Origin: Prevotella sp.
GTDB taxonomy: Bacteria > Bacteroidota > Bacteroidia > Bacteroidales > Bacteroidaceae
Direction of reading: 5' to 3'
DNA length: 53,832 bases
Assembly: GCA_018054505.1 (NCBI GenBank)
Contig: JAGPJJ010000001.1
Location: forward strand, 1 to 53,832
The notes beneath the pieces were generated by a model. That model ran no database searches. It worked only from the letters and a program-made list of their open reading frames with translations, and had not been told where the DNA came from. Position numbers and translations under genes: made by a program. This document shows, piece by piece, positions 49,326 to 53,832 of this stretch. Position 1 is the first letter of the stretch, and each line of letters starts with the position of its first letter.

Positions 49326-50060
49326 TTATTTTGAGTAAACACCGCCAGCGGCAGTTGAAGGATTGTAATCACTCCCCTCTTTCGGGAAACTAGGAATAAA
49401 ACGCATGTTACTCAATATTTGTCTTTGTCTCTTGCGCATATAGCTTCCAGGACTCTTACTACTGAATTTACGTGGATTAGGTAATGTTGCAGCAATAAGA
49501 GCACAATCAGAACGACTCAAATCTTCAGCTTTCTTACCAAAATGATACTCTGCAACAGCATCAGCACCATATATACCATCGCCCATTTCTATAGAATTAA
49601 GATACACTTCCATGATGCGTTGTTTACTCCACAACAACTCAGTTAGAGCTGTGAAATAAACTTCAAATCCCTTGCGCACCCATGAACGGCCTGGCCACAA
49701 AAATACATTTTTAGCAGTTTGCTGACTAATTGTACTTGCTCCTAATTTACGCTTTCCGCCCTCAATATTTCTTTTAGCAGCTTTTTCAATAGCATCATAA
49801 TCAAAACCATGATGCAACAGGAATCGTTGATCTTCACTTGCCATTACTGCAACAGGAAGATGATCAGATATCTCATCAATTGGAACCCAATGATGATGGA
49901 GTGTCATACTCTTACCTTCAGCAATTTGCTGAAAACATCTGATAAACATTAACGGTGTGAAATAAACGGGAATAAAACGAAGCACAACTACAGCCAAAAT
50001 GGTTGAAGCAAAAAACAAAGATACTCCCCATCTAACGATTTTCCAGACTTTAGTTTTCAT
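49326..50060 (-). CDS. mtgA: Monofunctional peptidoglycan transglycosylase
   Basis: [34 protein letters not shown]. Confidence 0.95.
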   Translation of the reverse strand: MKTKVWKIVRWGVSLFFASTILAVVVLRFIPVYFTPLMFIRCFQQIAEGKSMTLHHHWVPIDEISDHLPVAVMASEDQRFLLHHGFDYDAIEKAAKRNIEGGKRKLGASTISQQTAKNVFLWPGRSWVRKGFEVYFTALTELLWSKQRIMEVYLNSIEMGDGIYGADAVAEYHFGKKAEDLSRSDCALIAATLPNPRKFSSKSPGSYMRKRQRQILSNMRFIPSFPKEGSDYNPSTAAGGVYSK

Positions 50061-50064
50061 TTAC

Positions 50065-50102
50065 GAAAAAAATAGGGGCACACCAAAATAGTATGCGCCC
50101 CA
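50065..50102 (-). terminator. Probable terminator after the OmpA gene
   Basis: GGGGCACAC / GTATGCGCCCC imperfect stem with T-run on the minus strand. Confidence 0.55.
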
Positions 50103-50126
50103 ATATTAAAATTTGTTTAACTTATC

Positions 50127-50804
50127 TTATTCTGAAAGAGTTCCATTGTTTGCTGCATTGACCATAGCTGGACTAGCATACAAATAAACTTCTACTCTAC
50201 GGTTCTGCTGACGTCCAGCTGCTGTTGTGTTGTCAGCAACAGGAGAAGAACTTCCCTTACCTTCTACCTTTTGGAACTGAGAAGGTGAAACTCCACAACT
50301 CTTAAGGTAATCTACAACACTCTGTGCACGACTGTTACTCAATGGAATATTGATGCCGTCATTACCTGTATTATCAGTATGGCCATATATATCAACATGG
50401 CAATCAGAATTATTCTTTAATACAGAAGAGAATTTAGAAAGGTCATTCTTTGAACCAGAATTCAAAATAGCTTTGTTAGTAGCAAACAGAATACCGCTGT
50501 CGAATGTTACCTTAACAGCCTTAAGACCATTAGCGTCTGTAACCTCTTCAACCTTAGCGTTATTAATCTTTGCAGCCTCTGCAGCTACTTTATCCATGTG
50601 ATGTCCAATAATGGCACCAGTTCCTGCACCTACAGCACCACCAATAGCAGCACCTACAGCTGTATTACCAGCTATTTTACCAATGATTGCACCTAAAACA
50701 GCACCACCACCTGTGCCAATAAGAGCACCTGTGCCTTGCTTCGTAGCGCAACTAAAAACAGTTAGGAAACAAAATCCTAATGTAGCGATCTTTAATTTAT
50801 TCAT
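50127..50804 (-). CDS. OmpA-family lipoprotein with glycine zipper
   Basis: Lipobox TVFSC, Gly-zipper, GHTDNTG, LSNSRAQSV, NRRVE; promoter TTTG-N19-TATCTTTG (50870-50840). Confidence 0.93.
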   Translation of the reverse strand: MNKLKIATLGFCFLTVFSCATKQGTGALIGTGGGAVLGAIIGKIAGNTAVGAAIGGAVGAGTGAIIGHHMDKVAAEAAKINNAKVEEVTDANGLKAVKVTFDSGILFATNKAILNSGSKNDLSKFSSVLKNNSDCHVDIYGHTDNTGNDGINIPLSNSRAQSVVDYLKSCGVSPSQFQKVEGKGSSSPVADNTTAAGRQQNRRVEVYLYASPAMVNAANNGTLSE

Positions 50805-51041
50805 ACTCTTTAATAATTTAAGTTACATATATCTGCTTGCAAAGATAAAGTAAATGAGTGAAAAATCAAAATAAAACTTGTTTAAATTTTATATTTCCAA
50901 GCACAGCTTATATTATTCAATATTCACCTAAGTTTGTGAGTAAGAATAAAATAAATAATGTTTTTTTTAATTTGTACATAGTGGTTACCAACATTTTTTT
51001 GTAATTTTGCAAACAAATATAAATATAAGAACTTAAATATA

Positions 51042-52523
51042 ATGGCAAAAGAACTTAAAGAACTTACCAAGAGAGCTGACAATTATAGTCAGTGGTATAA
51101 TGACTTGGTATCAAAGGCAGACCTAGCAGAACAGGCACCTGTCCGTGGCTGTATGGTAATCAAACCATACGGTTTCGCTATTTGGGAAAAAATGAAGGAG
51201 CAACTTGACAAAGAATTCAAGAAGACAGGTGTGCAAAATGCCTACTTCCCCCTCCTCATCCCTAAGAGTTTCCTTAGTAGAGAAGCTGAACACGTAAAAG
51301 GATTTGCCAAAGAATGTGCTGTAGTAACTCATTACAGACTTAAAGCAAGTGAGGATGGAAACTCTGTCGTTGTTGACCCAGCAGCCAAACTCGACGAGGA
51401 ACTAATCATCCGCCCTACTTCTGAAACTATTATATGGAACACATATAAGGGATGGATACATTCTTGGAGAGATCTTCCTATCATGTGCAACCAGTGGTGT
51501 AACGTTATGCGTTGGGAAATGCGCACACGTCCATTCCTACGCACATCAGAATTTCTATGGCAGGAAGGTCATACTGCACATGCAACTCGTGAAGAGGCTG
51601 AAACTGAAGCACAGAAGATGCTTAAGGTTTATGCCGACTTTGCAGAAAAATGGATGGCAGTCCCTGTACTTCAAGGTGTAAAGAGTGAAACTGAACGCTT
51701 TGCCGGTGCACTTGACACATATACTATTGAGGCTATGATGCAAGACGGCAAGGCTCTTCAAAGCGGAACAAGTCACTTCTTAGGACAAAACTTCGCAAAG
51801 AGTTTCGATGTTACATTCTTAAACAAAGAAAACAAGCCTGAATATGTATGGGCTACATCATGGGGAGTGAGCACACGTCTTATGGGTGCACTCATTATGG
51901 TACATAGCGATGACAATGGACTTGTTCTTCCTCCAAAGCTTGCTCCTATTCAGGTTGTAATGGTTCCAATTTTCAAGGGTGACGAACAGCATAATGCTAT
52001 TTCTGCCAAATTACAACCTGTTATTGAGAAATTACAGGAACTTGGTATTAGCGTTAAATATGATGATTCTGACAACAAGAGACCGGGATTCAAGTTTGCA
52101 GACTATGAACTTAAAGGTGTTCCTGTACGTCTTGTTATGGGCGGTCGCGATTTGGAAAACAACACGATTGAAATCATGCGACGTGACACTTTGGAAAAAG
52201 AGAACGTAAGCTTTGACGGCATTGTTGAGCGTGTTAAAGATTTGCTTGATGATATTCAGAACAATCTATTTGAGAAAGCAAGAAAATATCGTGATGCACA
52301 CGTTTACGAATGCGAAAACTACGAAGAGTTCAAAGAGCGTGTTAAAGATGGTGGTTTCTACCTTTGTCACTGGGACGGTACTGAAGAAACAGAAGCAAAG
52401 ATTAAAGAAGAAACTCAGGCAACTATTAGATGCGTTCCATTTGCATATGAGCAAACCGAAGGCATTGACATGGTATCAGGCAAGCCTGCAAAATATCGTG
52501 TAATCATTGCAAGAAGTTACTAA
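51042..52523 (+). CDS. proS: Proline--tRNA ligase (eukaryote/archaea-like type)
   Basis: [41 protein letters not shown]-terminal ARSY; -7 box TAATTTTG at 51002-51009. Confidence 0.98.
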   Translation: MAKELKELTKRADNYSQWYNDLVSKADLAEQAPVRGCMVIKPYGFAIWEKMKEQLDKEFKKTGVQNAYFPLLIPKSFLSREAEHVKGFAKECAVVTHYRLKASEDGNSVVVDPAAKLDEELIIRPTSETIIWNTYKGWIHSWRDLPIMCNQWCNVMRWEMRTRPFLRTSEFLWQEGHTAHATREEAETEAQKMLKVYADFAEKWMAVPVLQGVKSETERFAGALDTYTIEAMMQDGKALQSGTSHFLGQNFAKSFDVTFLNKENKPEYVWATSWGVSTRLMGALIMVHSDDNGLVLPPKLAPIQVVMVPIFKGDEQHNAISAKLQPVIEKLQELGISVKYDDSDNKRPGFKFADYELKGVPVRLVMGGRDLENNTIEIMRRDTLEKENVSFDGIVERVKDLLDDIQNNLFEKARKYRDAHVYECENYEEFKERVKDGGFYLCHWDGTEETEAKIKEETQATIRCVPFAYEQTEGIDMVSGKPAKYRVIIARSY

Positions 52524-52551
52524 TTAATAGTAATTTAAGAATATATAGTTG

Positions 52552-52587
52552 AATCCCTTCACTTAATTGATGAAGGGATTTATTTTT
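52552..52587 (+). terminator. Intrinsic terminator after proS
   Basis: AATCCCTTCA / TGAAGGGATT followed by TATTTTT. Confidence 0.8.
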
Positions 52588-52737
52588 ATGATTTGTCTAT
52601 ACATTGTTTATAATAATTTGAGTGCTAATACTTATGTAACGTTTAATATTTTATAAAAAACAGACTTTATCATATGAGTATTCAAAATCTTTATTACTTT
52701 TGCGACAATATCAATATCATTAACAAAATTAGACACA

Positions 52738-53127
52738 ATGAAAAAGATTATTACAATAGCGATGATGCTGATGGCATTCTTCACTATGGCATCTGCTCAA
52801 AAACAAGCTGACATCAAATTTGATAAAGTGACAATTGATCTTGGAACTTTTTCTGAGAATAACGCTGTTCAAAAAACAACATTCGTTTTTACAAATGTTG
52901 GTGATGGTCCCCTTGTTATAAATCAAGCTGTTGCTAGTTGCGGATGTACAGTCCCATCTTATCCAAAGGCTCCTATCATGCCTGGACAAAAAGGTGAAAT
53001 AAAGGTTACATATAATGGTAGCGGAAAATTTCCTGGTAAATTCAAAAAGAGTATCACTATACGTACAAATGGCAAGACTGAAATGACACGCCTATATATT
53101 GAAGGTGTCATGAATGAAGCTAAATAA
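52738..53127 (+). CDS. DUF1573 domain secreted protein
   Basis: Signal peptide; FTNVGDGPLVI..ASCGCTVP..PIMPGQKG; -7 box TACTTTTG at 52695-52702. Confidence 0.88.
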   Translation: MKKIITIAMMLMAFFTMASAQKQADIKFDKVTIDLGTFSENNAVQKTTFVFTNVGDGPLVINQAVASCGCTVPSYPKAPIMPGQKGEIKVTYNGSGKFPGKFKKSITIRTNGKTEMTRLYIEGVMNEAK

Positions 53128-53198
53128 AATTCACCATTAATACATTTATCATTTACTCTGAAACGTGTATATGATTCTGATTCCGACTCTCTTCGTGT

Positions 53199-53315
53199 TT
53201 TTAGCTACGTGAGCTTCGGATTTTCTCGCAAAGCCTATAAACATTGGGGGGCGTGAAATGTAGCTTGCCGGATTTAGCTGCGGCAAGCTACGTTTTAGCT
53301 ACGGCAATTTGTAGC
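53199..53315. repeat. AGCTACG-repeat element with GC-rich hairpin
   Basis: TTTTAGCTACG at 53199 and 53293, variant at 53272; perfect 11-bp inverted repeat GTAGCTTGCCG (53260-53270) / CGGCAAGCTAC (53281-53291). Confidence 0.75.
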
Positions 53316-53353
53316 ATTTTGAGGATAACATGTGTTTTATAAGTAATTTTTTC

Positions 53354-53460
53354 AAAGAAACGTTTCTGCATCTAAGGAACTGAGGATGGATACATAGATG
53401 CAGTAAACGAAAACAGAATTTTCAAGCTTGATTAAATGTTCTGCGAACTCCGCTGAATTC
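53354..53460 (-). ncRNA. Candidate ~105-nt small RNA
   Basis: Minus -7 box TATCTTTG (53472-53465), no ORF, ends in a 14-bp hairpin (53361-53409) followed by TTTCTTT. Confidence 0.3.
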
Positions 53461-53700
53461 TCGGCAAAGATACTGCAAGATTTTTATTCATGCTATGAAA
53501 TCAAGTTTGAGCTGTTAGCCAAAGTTTCATTTACTAGTGCTATAATACTATAACACGCGTGCGCACACTTTTGACTTTTCAAAAATACTAGTGTCGAAGC
53601 GTCTATCCTTTGAATATCAACTAGTTAGACTTTCTTTTCGAGTATAATCAAGTGACAGTTATTCGTCGATAAAATATAGGCGAAATTTTTCATCATATAA

Positions 53701-53815
53701 CATTGCCATTTACGAAGTTTCTCATTGCGTTTTACGATGTTTTGCCGTGCGTTTTACGTTATATTGCATTGCATTTTACGATGCTTTAGGAGGTAAAACA
53801 ACGTAAAACGCAATG
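53701..53815. repeat. 22-bp tandem repeat (4 copies) plus an inverted copy
   Basis: Units at 53701, 53723, 53745, 53767 with consensus CATTGCGTTTTACGATGTTTTG; CGTAAAACGCAATG (53802-53815) is the exact reverse complement of 53723-53736. Confidence 0.88.
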
Positions 53816-53832
53816 CGTTTCTATATGGAATT

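Noticed and set aside
51042-52523. Horizontal transfer of a eukaryote-like ProRS
   Set aside because: This ProRS type is normal for Bacteroidota.
1-53832. tRNA, rRNA, IS, prophage or defence genes
   Set aside because: No cloverleaf or rRNA-like tract, and no transposase, integrase, phage or defence motifs among the ORFs.

Overview
AT-rich chromosomal backbone of a Bacteroidota bacterium, most likely Prevotellaceae. This rests on TTTG-N19/20-TAnnTTTG promoters throughout, a eukaryote/archaea-type ProRS and the glmS-purF-carA-carB order. About 39 CDSs are present, mostly housekeeping or envelope genes: carB, carA, purF, glmS, uxaC, ansA, dapA, truA, rnz, mazG, nudC, rarA, ppiD, lptC, lnb-like DUF4105, secA, aspS, uvrD/pcrA, mtgA, an OmpA lipoprotein and proS. 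I found no rRNA, tRNA, CRISPR array, transposase or integrase. The unexplained parts are: (1) two long non-coding tracts (about 20.9-22.2 kb and 53.1-53.8 kb) with unrelated sequence but parallel design, each a short-repeat-flanked core element followed by a helically phased 22-bp array; (2) a 300-nt structured leader with mutually exclusive pairings in front of an RRM RNA-binding protein; (3) a hybrid-two-component-like sensor fused directly to AraC with no kinase or receiver; (4) a small winged-helix-like protein with beta-clamp-type motifs beside a winged-helix protein with a histone-like tail; (5) an apparently inactive alkaline-phosphatase homologue between lnb and secA; (6) an ECF sigma module containing an L,D-transpeptidase and a cargo-less T9SS-CTD protein. 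All calls come from reading motifs by eye; no searches were run.
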